This document shows positions 1 through 11,340 of a DNA stretch of 64,000 nucleotides, one piece after another. The translations under genes and the position numbers were made by a program. Numbering within the stretch: position 1 is the stretch's first letter; the number at the start of each line of letters is the position of its first letter. Under the pieces are notes generated by a model. The model was not told the origin of the DNA, did no database searches, and saw nothing but the letters and a program-made list of their open reading frames with translations. This DNA is from Peptostreptococcaceae bacterium (GTDB lineage: Bacteria; Bacillota; Clostridia; Peptostreptococcales; Filifactoraceae), in NCBI GenBank assembly GCA_030528605.1, contig JAUMYO010000004.1, positions 2,546 to 66,545 on the forward strand, given 5' to 3'.

Positions 1-3000
1 TTCGATCGAGAAAAATTCCTTCTTCGACTCTTCAGCAATTTTGTATGCTACAGTTTCCCCAAGTCCCGGGATCGATATCAACGGCGGTAATAGTTTGTTA
101 TCGATCAGTTTGAATTTCGTCGCGTCTGATCGATACAGATCGACATTCAGGAGCTCAACGCCTCTAAGGTGCATTTCATATGCCATCTCTAAAACGATCC
201 CCATATTCTTTTCCTTTGCGGTAACTTCATTCCCTTTTGCCTCGATCGCTTTAAGGTTTGCCAAAACGATCTCTTTTCCTTTCAAAATGATCTCAAGATC
301 AAAGTCCTCCGCTTTTGTAGTAAAGAAAGCAGCATAAAAAGCTTCTTTGTGAAAGACTTTGAAGTATGCAATACGAAATGCCATCATTACATAGGCTGCC
401 GCATGTGCTTTCGGGAACATGTATTTTATTTTTTGGCACGAATCGATATACCACTGCGGCACATCATTTTCAAGCATGGATCCTATGTGGTCTTCTTTCA
501 GTCCTTTTCCCTTTCGGACATCCTCCATTATTTTGAATGCTGTAAGCGGTTCAAGCCCTTTTTGGATCAAATAGTTCATAATATCATCTCTGGTAGAGAT
601 GACATCCTTCAATGTCACTATATTGCTACGAATAAGATCCTGGGCATTATTCAGCCATACATCCGTACCATGAGACAGCCCCGATATCTGAAGTAATTCA
701 GCAAAAGTTGTGGGTCTTGTATCCATCAGCATCTGCCGGACGAACTTTGTTCCAAACTCCGGTATTCCTAATGTGCCCGTTTCACAGGATATTGCGGACA
801 GATCACACCCTAATGCTTTTGGGGAAGTGAATAAACTCATAGTCGTTTCGTCATCCAGCGGGATCTCGGTAGCATTTATTCCTGTAAAGTCTTCCAGCAT
901 TCTGATGATCGTCGGTACATCGTGTCCGAGGATATCAAGTTTTAATATACGACCACTGATGGAATGGTAGTCAAAATGGGTCGTCAAAACTTCCGATCTC
1001 ACATCGTTTGCAGGATATTGGATCGGTGTAAAATCATAGATGTCTTTATAATCCGGAACGACCATTACTCCTCCGGGATGCTGACCGGTGGTACGTTTGA
1101 CTCCTGTTACCTTATCGCGAAGACGCATCACTTCGGCATTGTTGATCTTGGCATCATAGTCTTCCATATACTTCATAACATATCCAAAAGCTGTCTTTTC
1201 GGCTACCGTACCGATCGTTCCCGCGCGAAAAACATGATCTTTTCCAAAAAGGTCTTCCGTGTATTTGTGTGCACGCGCCTGATATTCACCTGCAAAATTC
1301 AGATCGATATCCGGCTCCTTATCCCCTTCAAATCCTAAGAATACTTCAAATGGAATATCATGTCCTTCTTTGATAAGTTTCGCCCCGCAATTCGGACACG
1401 ATCTGTCCGGAAGATCCATCCCGGAGGCAATGGAACCATCTGTTATAAATTCACTGTATTTACAATCTCTGCAAATATAATGCGGCGGTAAAGGGTTGAC
1501 TTCCGTGATATCGCTCATCGTTGCTGCAAAAGAAGATCCGACAGAACCTCTTGATCCTACCAAGTATCCGTCTTCGATCGATCTTGTTACCAGTTTTTGA
1601 GCAATGATATACATCACGGCGTATCCGTTTCCGATAATAGAATTCAGTTCTCTATCCAATCGATTTTTGACAAGTTCCGGTAAAGGATCTCCGTAGATCC
1701 TCTTCGCCTTCTCATAACACATTTCTCTCAATTCCACATCCGAGCCTTCGATGATCGGTGGGAAAGTCCCGTCCGGGATCGGCTTAAAAGTTTCTATTTG
1801 GTCCGCAATTCGATTCGTATTTTCTACAACGACTCGATACGCATCCTCTTCTCCCAGATAAGAGAATTCTTCCAACATCTCCTCAGTCGTTCTAAAATAT
1901 AGGGAACCGTTATCCGGATCTTTTGCAAATTTTTGAGCCGCTTTGAATATATCTCGGATCACCCCGTCGCTCCGTTCTATATAGTGAACATCTCCTGTTG
2001 CCACTACAAGTTTTCCGGATCGATTCCCCAGATCCCATATTTTTTTATTGATCTGTTTCAGGTCCTCCTTGGAGTTGACGATCCCTTTTTTGATCATAAA
2101 TTCATTATTTTCCCAAGGCATGATCTCCAAATAGTCATAATAACTAACGATCGTTTCGATCTCATCCATCGGGCGATTATTGAGGACCGCTTGATATACT
2201 TCACCGGACTCACACGCACTACCGATCAGCAGACCTTGGCGATACTTACTAAGCACACTTTTTAGGATCCTAGGCACCTTATAAAAATGATTTATGTGCG
2301 AATCCGAGATGATCTTATACAGATTCTTCAGTCCGATCAGGTCTTTCGCCAAGATCACGATATGATTTGGGCGTTTCGTTTTATGATCCGTATCCACAAA
2401 TTTTTGGTTTACCTGGTCCAGTGTAATGACACCTTGCTCCTTGAACATTTCCAAAAATCTGAGGAATATTTCAGCAGTAGCCTGTGCATCATCTACCGCA
2501 CGGTGATGATTTTCAAGTTTGATCCCCAGTTTTTTCGCCACCACATTCAGACGATGACTCTTCAGATCGGTCAGTAGTGCTCTGGAAACCGAAACCGTAT
2601 CGATCGCTTTGGTATTATACGCCAATCCTAGACGCTCACAGTTGACCTTGATAAAACCTGTATCAAAATCGCTGTTGTGAGCAACAAACATCGCATCTCC
2701 GACAAAGTTCATAAATTCGGGGAGCACTTCTTCGATCTTAGGCTTTCCTGCGAGCATCTCATCCGTTATTCCTGTTAATTCAATGATCTTCGGACTGAGT
2801 TTCCTTTCCGGATCGATCAAGCGACTGAATCGGTCAACGATGGCTCCATCCACGATCTTGACTGCGCCTATCTCCGTGATCCTGTCATTTGCAGAAGAGA
2901 GTCCGGTCGTTTCAATATCAAATACGACAAAAGGCTGACTAAGCAGTAGCGAATTGTATTCCTTTAAAACTTTTTTCGTGTCATCCAGAAAGTATCCTTC

Positions 3001-4107
3001 AACTCCGTAGATGATCTTTATATCACTCTTGGCTCCTTGTTCCATCGCATCCGGAAAGGCTTGTACGACTCCATGATCTGTGATCGCGATCGCGGAATGA
3101 CCAAACTCTTTCGCCTGCTTTATAAGATCCTTTACATTCTCGATCGCATCCATCGATGACATATTACTGTGAAGGTGAAGCTCGACACGCTTGGTATCCG
3201 CATCATCTTTTCGCTTAAACTGCTTGGCGATATTGATATCCTTTAATGTGGCTACGATCTCTTTTTCATAGCTGTCAAAAGCAATATCCGCTTTGACCTT
3301 GATATAACTACCTTCTTTGATAAGCTCGCTCTCATCTTTCCAAAAAACTTTGCACATGATAGAACCTGTATTATCATTCATAGCAAAAGTTTGGATGACG
3401 GATCCTTTATTAAGTTTTCTTGAGGAAGACGCAAAAGTCCGTCCTTCAAAAACAACATTATTCTCTTCAACGCCGAGCTCTGATATCATTTTGGGATCAT
3501 TCATTATAGATCTTCCGCGGATCACTCCGTCCGGTCGATCTTTTTTAGGTTGCGTTTTCTGAGGTTGAGAAAGTTCCTTCATTTTTTCCGTTAATAGCTT
3601 TTCACTATCTTCAAAAAATCGGTCCCTATCAATATCATTTGCAAGGTCTTTCACCACGACCTTCACATCCAGACCCAAGCTCATCGCGATCGACCTCTTG
3701 ATCTGAGTATCAAGCTTCTTGCTCTCAATATTATTTTTAATGACTTTATTGTTTACATTGAGAACGATCTCTTTCTTTTCATTCCCCAGATCTTCGCAGT
3801 CTACAGACACACAGCTTTCGATCTTCTCGCTTACCGGACAAAACTTGCGAAGGATATATTCAATATTAGGGAGATAATTTACGATCCGATCCTTCACATC
3901 ACTATTACCGGTACATTTTGTCAATATAGTTACTTTTTTTAGTATCGGATTTCGCTGTTCACATTCTTTTTCCAACTTGTGCAGGATCTCGTAGTTGATG
4001 ATCTTATCCGATCGGATCAAAAACTCTAATTTAGCTTCATTTTTATATAGTTTGATCCTCTCAAGTTCGATAGCATTCTCTTCTAAATATCGTTTAATGA
4101 TCTGCAT
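1..4107 (-). CDS. polC: DNA polymerase III, PolC type (first ~1369 codons; 3' end runs off the left window edge)
   Basis: Absent from the ORF track because there is no stop in the window. Minus-strand translation from ATG 4107 gives MQIIKRYLEENAIELERIKLYK..., then PHP motif KRVELHLHSNMSSMDAI, exonuclease motifs FVVFDIETTGLS and AHNSDFD, and core GSRGSVGSSF. Follows ispG as in Firmicutes synteny. Confidence 0.95.
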   Translation of the reverse strand, partial: MQIIKRYLEENAIELERIKLYKNEAKLEFLIRSDKIINYEILHKLEKECEQRNPILKKVTILTKCTGNSDVKDRIVNYLPNIEYILRKFCPVSEKIESCVSVDCEDLGNEKKEIVLNVNNKVIKNNIESKKLDTQIKRSIAMSLGLDVKVVVKDLANDIDRDRFFEDSEKLLTEKMKELSQPQKTQPKKDRPDGVIRGRSIMNDPKMISELGVEENNVVFEGRTFASSSRKLNKGSVIQTFAMNDNTGSIMCKVFWKDESELIKEGSYIKVKADIAFDSYEKEIVATLKDINIAKQFKRKDDADTKRVELHLHSNMSSMDAIENVKDLIKQAKEFGHSAIAITDHGVVQAFPDAMEQGAKSDIKIIYGVEGYFLDDTKKVLKEYNSLLLSQPFVVFDIETTGLSSANDRITEIGAVKIVDGAIVDRFSRLIDPERKLSPKIIELTGITDEMLAGKPKIEEVLPEFMNFVGDAMFVAHNSDFDTGFIKVNCERLGLAYNTKAIDTVSVSRALLTDLKSHRLNVVAKKLGIKLENHHRAVDDAQATAEIFLRFLEMFKEQGVITLDQVNQKFVDTDHKTKRPNHIVILAKDLIGLKNLYKIISDSHINHFYKVPRILKSVLSKYRQGLLIGSACESGEVYQAVLNNRPMDEIETIVSYYDYLEIMPWENNEFMIKKGIVNSKEDLKQINKKIWDLGNRSGKLVVATGDVHYIERSDGVIRDIFKAAQKFAKDPDNGSLYFRTTEEMLEEFSYLGEEDAYRVVVENTNRIADQIETFKPIPDGTFPPIIEGSDVELREMCYEKAKRIYGDPLPELVKNRLDRELNSIIGNGYAVMYIIAQKLVTRSIEDGYLVGSRGSVGSSFAATMSDITEVNPLPPHYICRDCKYSEFITDGSIASGMDLPDRSCPNCGAKLIKEGHDIPFEVFLGFEGDKEPDIDLNFAGEYQARAHKYTEDLFGKDHVFRAGTIGTVAEKTAFGYVMKYMEDYDAKINNAEVMRLRDKVTGVKRTTGQHPGGVMVVPDYKDIYDFTPIQYPANDVRSEVLTTHFDYHSISGRILKLDILGHDVPTIIRMLEDFTGINATEIPLDDETTMSLFTSPKALGCDLSAISCETGTLGIPEFGTKFVRQMLMDTRPTTFAELLQISGLSHGTDVWLNNAQDLIRSNIVTLKDVISTRDDIMNYLIQKGLEPLTAFKIMEDVRKGKGLKEDHIGSMLENDVPQWYIDSCQKIKYMFPKAHAAAYVMMAFRIAYFKVFHKEAFYAAFFTTKAEDFDLEIILKGKEIVLANLKAIEAKGNEVTAKEKNMGIVLEMAYEMHLRGVELLNVDLYRSDATKFKLIDNKLLPPLISIPGLGETVAYKIAEESKKEFFSIE

Positions 4108-4119
4108 AGTCCCTCTTTA

Positions 4120-5166
4120 CTACATCTTTTCAAGCTCCGATAACAAAACCGATTCGATCTCTTCCTCTTTTATCTTCCGGATGATCTCTCCTTTTTTGAA
4201 TAAAAGTGCTTCGCCATTCCCTCCGGCGATCCCTATATCTGCTTCTTTCGCCTCTCCCGGACCGTTTACCGCACAACCCATGATCGCTACTTTAAGCGGT
4301 TTTTTTATGTTTTCAACTTTTTTTTCAACTCGTTCCGCCAATTCAATGAGATCGATCTTTGTTCGGGCACATGTCGGACAAGAGATGATCTGAATACTTT
4401 CACGATCCAGATCCAGTGCACCTAAAATATTTTTTGCCGCATAGATCTCTTCTACAGGATCTGCCGTAAGAGACACCCGGATCGTATCCCCGATCCCTTT
4501 TAATATCAGATGTCCTATCCCGATCGCTGATTTTACCGTACCTCTTTGCGTCGTGCCGGATTCTGTGATCCCTAAGTGCAAAGGATAATCCGAGATCTCG
4601 GAGAAGGTCTCATAAGCTTCTATAGTCCTAAAGATATCACTTGCTTTTAGTGATACAACAGTATTGTAAAAATCAAACTCTTCAAGGACTTTAATATGTT
4701 TGAGTGCGCTTTGTACCATCGCCATAGCACCATTCCCATACTCGGCAATAACAGATTTTTCTAAAGAACCTCCATTGACACCGATGCGTATCTTGATATT
4801 CCTAGTCTTGGCTTTTTGGACTATCTCTCGTACACGATCAAGGGGACCGATATTTCCCGGATTGATACGAAGACCGTCTACTCCATTTTCGATCGATCGA
4901 AGGGCAAGACGATGATCGAAATGGATATCAGCTACCAAAGGTATATTTATTTTTTTGATGATCGTTTTTATCGCTTCTGCGGACTCCATATCGGGTATAG
5001 ATGCTCTGACAAGCCGACAGCCCGCATCTTCCAGTCGTCGGATCTGCTCTACGGTTTTTTCTATATCTCTAGTGTCCGTGTTGGTCATCGACTGGATGAT
5101 AATGGGATTATTATTTCCGATCTTTATATTTCCGACAGAGACTTCTTTTGTTACTCTTCTATCCAT
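4120..5166 (-). CDS. ispG: 4-hydroxy-3-methylbut-2-en-1-yl diphosphate synthase
   Basis: 348 aa ORF; GcpE-like motifs IIIQSMTNTDT, LRINPGNIG, SCPTCART, MGCAVNGPGEA. Confidence 0.95.
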   Translation of the reverse strand: MDRRVTKEVSVGNIKIGNNNPIIIQSMTNTDTRDIEKTVEQIRRLEDAGCRLVRASIPDMESAEAIKTIIKKINIPLVADIHFDHRLALRSIENGVDGLRINPGNIGPLDRVREIVQKAKTRNIKIRIGVNGGSLEKSVIAEYGNGAMAMVQSALKHIKVLEEFDFYNTVVSLKASDIFRTIEAYETFSEISDYPLHLGITESGTTQRGTVKSAIGIGHLILKGIGDTIRVSLTADPVEEIYAAKNILGALDLDRESIQIISCPTCARTKIDLIELAERVEKKVENIKKPLKVAIMGCAVNGPGEAKEADIGIAGGNGEALLFKKGEIIRKIKEEEIESVLLSELEKM

Positions 5167-5168
5167 AT

Positions 5169-6182
5169 TTAACCTTTGCTAAAAAATAAGCGTACGATGT
5201 CTTTGTACGTTATGAAGATGCTAAATGCTATGATCAGGAAAAAACCGGCCATCGTCAAACGCATCTCCAGTTCTCTGTTTAATTGTTTTTTGCTCAATAG
5301 CTCATAAATGTAAAATAGAATTTTACTACCGTCAAGTCCCGGGATCGGAACAAGATTGATGATACCTAAATTCAAACTTAAAAGTGCTGTGAGTATGATC
5401 ACCGTTTCAAATCCGGCCTTGGTTGCTTCTCCCACAACAGCTACGATCCCGACCGGACCTGAAAATTCTTCTATATTTGCTCTACCTATAAATAGCTGCT
5501 TCAGAGTATCTACCATCATCGTACTTTGACGCGCTGTTGCGATCGATCCATATTTTATGGCACGAAAAAGATCCTTTTCAAATTTTGGACTGATCCCTAC
5601 CATGAATCGTCCTTCATGTTCTTCCATCAACATCTCAAGATCCATTTGATCTCCATCCGCTTTTTGAACAAGAAGATGCACTTTCTTGTCTTCAGGAACG
5701 ACTGAAAGCTCTGCAACGATATGCGTCCATTCAGTCGTCTTCTTGCCATTTACTTCGATCACTTGATCCCCGGCTTCTATTCCCGCCTTTGCTGCAGGAA
5801 GTCCTTCGCTGACAGCGGCGATCGTATTTGTAGGAAACCCTGCATGGTAAGCAACTCCGATCATCAACAAAAGTGCCGCAATAATATTTACCAGTGGCCC
5901 CATGATAATAACTTTTATCCTGTCCAAAGGACTTTTGTTCATAAAATTATCCGGCTCTGTAAACATCTCATCTTCATCATCACCAAAACGGACAAAAGCT
6001 CCAAAAGGTATAAGCCTTATATTATACTGTGTATCTTTCACGGTTTTTCCGAAAAGTTTCGGACCCATCCCGATCGATAATTCATAAGCACGGATCCCTA
6101 ATTTTTTTGCCATCAAAAAGTGCCCCAATTCATGGATCAACATTAAAAACGAGAACACCAAAATAGCTACGATAATTTTCAT
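5169..6182 (-). CDS. rseP: RIP zinc metalloprotease RseP/RasP (site-2 protease)
   Basis: 337 aa; HELGHF zinc motif, central PDZ-like segment, C-terminal LNLGIINLVPIPGLDG motif. Confidence 0.9.
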   Translation of the reverse strand: MKIIVAILVFSFLMLIHELGHFLMAKKLGIRAYELSIGMGPKLFGKTVKDTQYNIRLIPFGAFVRFGDDEDEMFTEPDNFMNKSPLDRIKVIIMGPLVNIIAALLLMIGVAYHAGFPTNTIAAVSEGLPAAKAGIEAGDQVIEVNGKKTTEWTHIVAELSVVPEDKKVHLLVQKADGDQMDLEMLMEEHEGRFMVGISPKFEKDLFRAIKYGSIATARQSTMMVDTLKQLFIGRANIEEFSGPVGIVAVVGEATKAGFETVIILTALLSLNLGIINLVPIPGLDGSKILFYIYELLSKKQLNRELEMRLTMAGFFLIIAFSIFITYKDIVRLFFSKG

Positions 6183-6237
6183 AAATTCTCCTTGAATAGA
6201 AAGTCCGGTTTATGCGAGTCAGTCGATCCTGTGAGAA

Positions 6238-7032
6238 CTACAGATTTTGAATAAAATCTATCAGGATCACTCCATAATATGTTAATGGAGCTGTAAAAAG
6301 TATGCTGTCAAAGCGATCCAGTACTCCTCCATGTCCCGGAATGATATTTCCATAATCTTTGATCTGAAGCTGACGTTTTATTGCGGATGCAAAAAGGTCG
6401 CCAAGTTGAGAAAAAATACTCCCGATGATAGCCAACGGCACAAAATACATCGGATTTTGTTCCTTAAAAGCCATTGCGAAAACTACGGTAAAAATAACGG
6501 TCCCCAATATCCCCCCGATAGATCCTTCGATCGTTTTTTTCGGACTGATCTGAGGGATCAGCTTTCGTTTACCAAAAAACACGCCACTAAAATATGCCGA
6601 TGTATCGCTGACCCACGCAAAAATAAAAACCAACCAAACATAAATGCTTCCCATATTGCTAAGTAAATTGATATGAGACAGGAAAACCGGAATATAAACA
6701 AACCCCAACAAGGTCACCATCAGATCCTCTATCCGTATCTTGCGCATAATGATCATATATGCCCCTGCTGCGATCAATAGATAAAGGATGTTGATCACGA
6801 TATGAGAAAAATTGAGTTCTGAAAGAGAGATCATCGTGTACATTATAACGGTCAAGAGATAGCTCCAAATAGTGATCGGTCTGTATCCGTTAGCTTCAAA
6901 AACTCTAAAATACTCAAACAACCCGACCAACGAACATATCGTTCCTCCGATATAGATATATACACCGCCTTTTAGCATTACAAAAAATAATACCGGCAAT
7001 AATAGTGCCCCCGAAATGATCCTAACTAACAT
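6238..7032 (-). CDS. cdsA: phosphatidate cytidylyltransferase
   Basis: Multi-TM protein with SDTSAYFSGVFFGKRKL and PGHGGVLDRFDS. Start moved to internal ATG 7032 (MLVRIISGALL), preceded by GGAGGGG; the track start would overlap uppS by 100 nt. Confidence 0.9.
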   Translation of the reverse strand: MLVRIISGALLLPVLFFVMLKGGVYIYIGGTICSLVGLFEYFRVFEANGYRPITIWSYLLTVIMYTMISLSELNFSHIVINILYLLIAAGAYMIIMRKIRIEDLMVTLLGFVYIPVFLSHINLLSNMGSIYVWLVFIFAWVSDTSAYFSGVFFGKRKLIPQISPKKTIEGSIGGILGTVIFTVVFAMAFKEQNPMYFVPLAIIGSIFSQLGDLFASAIKRQLQIKDYGNIIPGHGGVLDRFDSILFTAPLTYYGVILIDFIQNL

Positions 7033-7043
7033 AAACCCCTCCG

Positions 7044-7787
7044 CTACTTCGCGTTTCCAAACCTTCGATCTCGTTGTTGATAACTTAGTATCGCCTTTCT
7101 TAGATCTTCCGGCGTGAAATCCGGCCAATAAATATCGGAATACCAAAATTCACTATAGGCCGATTCCCATAATAAAAAATTAGATAGTCTCAACTCTCCA
7201 CTTGGTCGGATCACAAGGTCCGGATCCGGCATAAATCCCGTATCCAAGTTTTCAGAGATCAGTTCTTGCGTTACTTCATATGGTTGTAATCCTTCTTCTT
7301 TTATGCGCATGCAGATCTTTTGAACGGCACGTCGAATATCATCTCGCCCTCCATAGTTTAGAGCTATAGTCAAAGTAAGCCCTGTATTGTTTTTGGTCTT
7401 TTCGATCGAATCATACAGAACTTTTTGTATATTAGCCGGCAATGCCGAAAGATCTCCGATCGTTCGGAATCGAACATCATTTGCCATCATTTTTTTCAAT
7501 TCACTTTTAAGGTATATTTCGATCAGCTTCATGATCGCAGAAACTTCACTTGCTTCCCGTTTCCAATTTTCAGTCGAAAAAGCATAAGCGGTCAAATATT
7601 TTACGCCAAGATCCGAGCACTCCTCCACAATGATCTTCAGTGCCTCTACTCCCATTTTATGCCCCTGTGTTCTGAGCAGACCTCGGGTCTTTGCCCAACG
7701 ACCGTTTCCATCCATTATGATCCCGATATGAGCAGGGATCTTTTCCAAATCTAGATCCATATCATTACCTATTCCAATATATCTCAC
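7044..7787 (-). CDS. uppS: isoprenyl transferase (undecaprenyl diphosphate synthase)
   Basis: IIMDGNGRWA, YAFSTENWKR, LIRPSGELRLSNFLLW motifs. Start uncertain: GTG 7787 or ATG 7760. Confidence 0.9.
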   Translation of the reverse strand: MRYIGIGNDMDLDLEKIPAHIGIIMDGNGRWAKTRGLLRTQGHKMGVEALKIIVEECSDLGVKYLTAYAFSTENWKREASEVSAIMKLIEIYLKSELKKMMANDVRFRTIGDLSALPANIQKVLYDSIEKTKNNTGLTLTIALNYGGRDDIRRAVQKICMRIKEEGLQPYEVTQELISENLDTGFMPDPDLVIRPSGELRLSNFLLWESAYSEFWYSDIYWPDFTPEDLRKAILSYQQRDRRFGNAK

Positions 7788-7896
7788 TTATATCAATATG
7801 CAAGACATCTCCCAGGATATCTTTTTTGTTGTATTTTCGTATAGAGTTGTAGCGATCAGGATCCGGTCTCTCACGGTTTCCTGTCAGTACATACAA

Positions 7897-7931
7897 TTCA
7901 GGCTGTCAAACACCAAATTTGACAGCCTGAA
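7897..7931 (-). terminator. 14-bp perfect hairpin directly after the small ORF downstream of frr
   Basis: TTCAGGCTGTCAAA-caccaaa-TTTGACAGCCTGAA, starting 1 nt after the stop at 7933. No clean U-tract, so terminator function is uncertain. Confidence 0.45.
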
Positions 7932-7932
7932 C

Positions 7933-8127
7933 TTAAATGGTGGTTTTGAATCCTGTTACTACCAGATCGATCCTGTTATTTATTTTTTTCACCCTGACCA
8001 CATAGGGCTCTGTCAGGACCTCGCTATCTTTACCTCCCGAGATCATCTCGATGGAGTATTCTAAAACCCGGTCTTTCAATACGGCTTCCACTTTATTCAA
8101 CGGAAGCCCGATCCATAAATGTTCCAT
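7933..8127 (-). CDS. small hypothetical protein, translationally coupled to frr
   Basis: 64 aa ORF whose start overlaps the frr stop at 8127. No family recognised. Confidence 0.4.
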   Translation of the reverse strand: MEHLWIGLPLNKVEAVLKDRVLEYSIEMISGGKDSEVLTEPYVVRVKKINNRIDLVVTGFKTTI

Positions 8128-8684
8128 TACACTTCCATGATCTCTTTTTCTTTTTTGGTGACCATCTCATCTACAGTTTTTGTATATTTATCAATGATCT
8201 TCTGTACCTCTTCTGTTGCTTTCTTTGCATCATCCTCCGTAAGCTCTCCGTCTTTTTCCATTTTTTTCAGCTTATCATTTGCTTCTCGCCGTTCATTTCT
8301 CAATGCAACTTTAGCATTTTCTCCGGTCTTGGATGCAAGTTTTGTAAGTTCTTTTCTTCTTTCTTCTGTAAGCTGAGGTATAGCAATGCGAATTTGAGTT
8401 CCATCATTTGTCGGGTTGAAGCCCATATCCGACATTTGGATCGCTTTTTCAATGTCTTTGAGTGCAGATCTATCCCAAGGTTGTACAACGATCATCCTCG
8501 GTTCCGGAGCAGATACTCCCGCCATTTGCTTCAAAGGCGTCGGAGTCCCATAGTAGTCCACTACGATCTTATCCAATAAGGTCGGATTTGCTCTGCCGGC
8601 ACGAATAACTGCCAGATCTTCCTTTAACACATTAAGTGTTTTTTCCATTTTTTCTTCCAGTTTTGTATGCACTTCATTTCTCAT
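8127..8684 (-). CDS. frr: ribosome recycling factor
   Basis: 185 aa; typical RRF sequence ([31 protein letters not shown]). Confidence 0.95.
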   Translation of the reverse strand: MRNEVHTKLEEKMEKTLNVLKEDLAVIRAGRANPTLLDKIVVDYYGTPTPLKQMAGVSAPEPRMIVVQPWDRSALKDIEKAIQMSDMGFNPTNDGTQIRIAIPQLTEERRKELTKLASKTGENAKVALRNERREANDKLKKMEKDGELTEDDAKKATEEVQKIIDKYTKTVDEMVTKKEKEIMEV

Positions 8685-8809
8685 AAGATCTCTCCTTGGA
8701 TTTTTCCTTCATTATATCATATTTTTTAGTTTTTATCTCCCATTTTGCATAATAAAAGAAGTCTTTTCTTTTGATATTTTTCAAAACGAGAGATCCTTTA
8801 TGATCCAAC

Positions 8810-9514
8810 TTATTCTACAAGAGTTCCGATCTCTTCTCCTGTCAGAACCTTGATAATATTATCCGGATCTTCCAAAGAAAACACTCGGATCGGAAGCTTA
8901 TTATCTCGACAAAGAGTGATCGCAGTAGCATCCATTACTTTCAAGTCTTGATTTATAACATCCAGATATGTCAAATAATCGTACTTTTTTGCTTCTGGAT
9001 CTTCCGCAGGATCACGATCATACACTCCATCTACTTTTTTTGCCAGCAAAATAATTTCCGCATCGATCTCAGCGGCACGAAGAGCAGCAGCGGTATCTGT
9101 AGAAAAATACGGATTGCCTGACCCGGCTCCAAAAATAACCACTCGTCCTTTTTCCAAATGCCTCATCGCCCGTCTTCTGATGTACGGCTCCGCGACTGCA
9201 TACATATCGATCCCCGTTTGGACTCGAGTAACGACATCTAAATTTTCAAGCGTTGATTGGAGAGCTAGTGAATTAATGACCGTAGCCAACATTCCCATAT
9301 GATCGGCTGTTGTTCGATCCATATTTTCTCCGGTCCTTCCTCTGAAAATATTTCCTCCTCCAACTACAATGGCGATCTCAGCTCCAAGCTCATGTGCTTT
9401 TTTGATCGATTTAGCGATATTCAGTACCGTATCATTATCAATACCAAAACCCTTATCCCCTGCCATAGCTTCTCCACTGAGTTTCAGTAATACTCTCTTG
9501 TTCTTTAATCCCAT
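8810..9514 (-). CDS. pyrH: UMP kinase
   Basis: 234 aa; [21 protein letters not shown] motifs. Confidence 0.95.
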   Translation of the reverse strand: MGLKNKRVLLKLSGEAMAGDKGFGIDNDTVLNIAKSIKKAHELGAEIAIVVGGGNIFRGRTGENMDRTTADHMGMLATVINSLALQSTLENLDVVTRVQTGIDMYAVAEPYIRRRAMRHLEKGRVVIFGAGSGNPYFSTDTAAALRAAEIDAEIILLAKKVDGVYDRDPAEDPEAKKYDYLTYLDVINQDLKVMDATAITLCRDNKLPIRVFSLEDPDNIIKVLTGEEIGTLVE

Positions 9515-9588
9515 AACAGCCCTCCATTTTATATTACTTATAAAAAGAGAACACAGCCGTGTTGCATATGTTCTCTAAATAGTTGATA

Positions 9589-10503
9589 TTAGTTGCCAAG
9601 TTGCTTTGCAACTTCCTCTGCAAAGTTTTCTTCTTTTTTCTCGATCCCTTCACCAACTTCAAATCTCTTGATGGCTGCGATCTTGATCGATTTCCCAAGT
9701 TCTTTCGCTTTATTCTCGATCACTTGAGAGATCGTAAGATCACTGTTCTTAACAAAGACTTGATCAAGCAAACATACTTCTTTCAGCTGCTTGTTCAATC
9801 TTCCCTCTACCATCTTTTTAGCAATTTCTTCAGGCTTTCCTTCGTTCATTGCTTGAGCTGTAAGGATCTCTCTTTCATGCGTGATATAGTTTTGGTCAAC
9901 ATCATCTCTTGAGATATACATCGGATTCATTGCCGCGATCTGCATCGCAACATCTTTCCCAAGCTCTTCCAACTCAGCAGGAGAAGCATCAGAATCAAAA
10001 TTTACCAAAACAGCGATCTTCCCCGTTCCGTGAGTATATCCTACAACAGCTCCGGTTGCTTTTTCTGTTGCAATTCTTCGGATATTCATATTTTCCCCGA
10101 TCTTTGCGATCAATCCGTTCAGTTTCGTTCCGATGTCTTCAGATGTTGCAGCGAACATATGCGTCTTCAACTCTTCAACGCTTGAAGGAAGTTTTGACAA
10201 GACGGTATCGGCAACTTCTTTTACAAAGCCTATAAACTCTTCATTCTTAGCAACGAAGTCCGTTTCAGAATTCACTTCAATGATCGCCGCTGTCTTCCCA
10301 TCCTCTGCGATCGCGATCTTAACAAGTCCTTCCGCTGCGATCCGGTCAGCTTTTTTTGCTGCTTTTGAAAGACCTTTCTCTCTCAAAATATCAGCTGCTC
10401 TATCCATATCACCATCTGCTTCTTGAAGAGCTCTTTTAACATCCATCATTCCGGCTTGAGTTCTCTCTCTTAGTTCTTTGACCATACTGGCAGTAATTTC
10501 CAT
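9589..10503 (-). CDS. tsf: translation elongation factor Ts
   Basis: 304 aa; MVKELRERTQAGMMDVKRAL N-terminus typical of EF-Ts. Confidence 0.95.
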   Translation of the reverse strand: MEITASMVKELRERTQAGMMDVKRALQEADGDMDRAADILREKGLSKAAKKADRIAAEGLVKIAIAEDGKTAAIIEVNSETDFVAKNEEFIGFVKEVADTVLSKLPSSVEELKTHMFAATSEDIGTKLNGLIAKIGENMNIRRIATEKATGAVVGYTHGTGKIAVLVNFDSDASPAELEELGKDVAMQIAAMNPMYISRDDVDQNYITHEREILTAQAMNEGKPEEIAKKMVEGRLNKQLKEVCLLDQVFVKNSDLTISQVIENKAKELGKSIKIAAIKRFEVGEGIEKKEENFAEEVAKQLGN

Positions 10504-10590
10504 TGATTATTCCTCCATTTCCATAAAAAAAGATACCCAACCTTAGTAACATGGTTGTACAAAGTTTTGGATATCTTTATTATTCGATCA

Positions 10591-11340
10591 TTATTCTTGT
10601 TCAGTTGATCCTTCTGCTTCTTCCGCTTCAGTTGATCCTTCGCTCACCTCACCGATCTCTCCTTGCTTCACTTCAATGATCGCTTGAGAGATCGCACTTG
10701 TGATAAGTTTTACCGCACGGATCGCATCATCATTACCCGGGATCGGGAAGTCAATGTCATCCGGATCACAGTTTGTATCAATAATTCCAACTACAGGAAT
10801 TCCCAATTTGTGAGCTTCAAGGATCGCAATTCTTTCTTTTCTCGGATCAACTACAAAAAGCGCTCCCGGAAGTTCAGGCATTTCCTTTATTCCGTTCAGA
10901 TATTTTTCCAACTTTTCTTTCTCAGCATTCAGCTTGATAACTTCTTTTTTCGGAAGCACATCAAAAGTTCCGTTTTCAGCCATCTCTTCGAGCTTACGCA
11001 ATCTTTCGATCCTAGTTTTGATCGTCTTGTGGTTTGTCAACATACCACCAAGCCATCTTTCGTTTACATAGAACATTCCTGAACGTTCTGCTTCCTCTTT
11101 GATCGCATCTTGAGCCTGTTTCTTTGTTCCTACAAACAAGATCGGCTTTCCTTCTTCAGCAACGCTTTTGATGAAATCGTAAGCTTCTTCGATCTTCTTT
11201 ACCGTTTTTTGAAGATCGATAATGTAGATGCCATTTCTTTCTGTGAAGATGTACTTTGCCATTTTAGGATTCCATCTTCTTGTCTGATGTCCAAAATGTA
11301 CACCAGCTTCAAGTAGTTGTTTCATACTTACTACAGCCAT
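10591..11340 (-). CDS. rpsB: 30S ribosomal protein S2
   Basis: Start moved to ATG 11340 ([27 protein letters not shown]), preceded by AAAGGAG. Confidence 0.95.
   Translation of the reverse strand: MAVVSMKQLLEAGVHFGHQTRRWNPKMAKYIFTERNGIYIIDLQKTVKKIEEAYDFIKSVAEEGKPILFVGTKKQAQDAIKEEAERSGMFYVNERWLGGMLTNHKTIKTRIERLRKLEEMAENGTFDVLPKKEVIKLNAEKEKLEKYLNGIKEMPELPGALFVVDPRKERIAILEAHKLGIPVVGIIDTNCDPDDIDFPIPGNDDAIRAVKLITSAISQAIIEVKQGEIGEVSEGSTEAEEAEGSTEQE

Noticed and set aside
41-4393. Many plus-strand ORFs in the track opposite polC (e.g. 41-337, 349-696, 964-1338, 1933-2265, 3995-4393)
   Set aside because: They are shadow frames of the long minus-strand polC coding sequence. They have low-complexity or odd composition, no RBS and no recognisable motifs. 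The same applies to most short antisense ORFs throughout the track, e.g. the Ser-rich 31625-32194 opposite clpB.
6183-6237. dxr expected between cdsA and rseP is missing
   Set aside because: Only a 55-nt gap is present. The gene is presumably elsewhere in the genome, so this is a synteny variation and not evidence of anything new.
7933-8127. 64-aa ORF after frr considered as a PASTA-like or sporulation-related domain
   Set aside because: The resemblance is too vague to name a family without a profile search; left as hypothetical.
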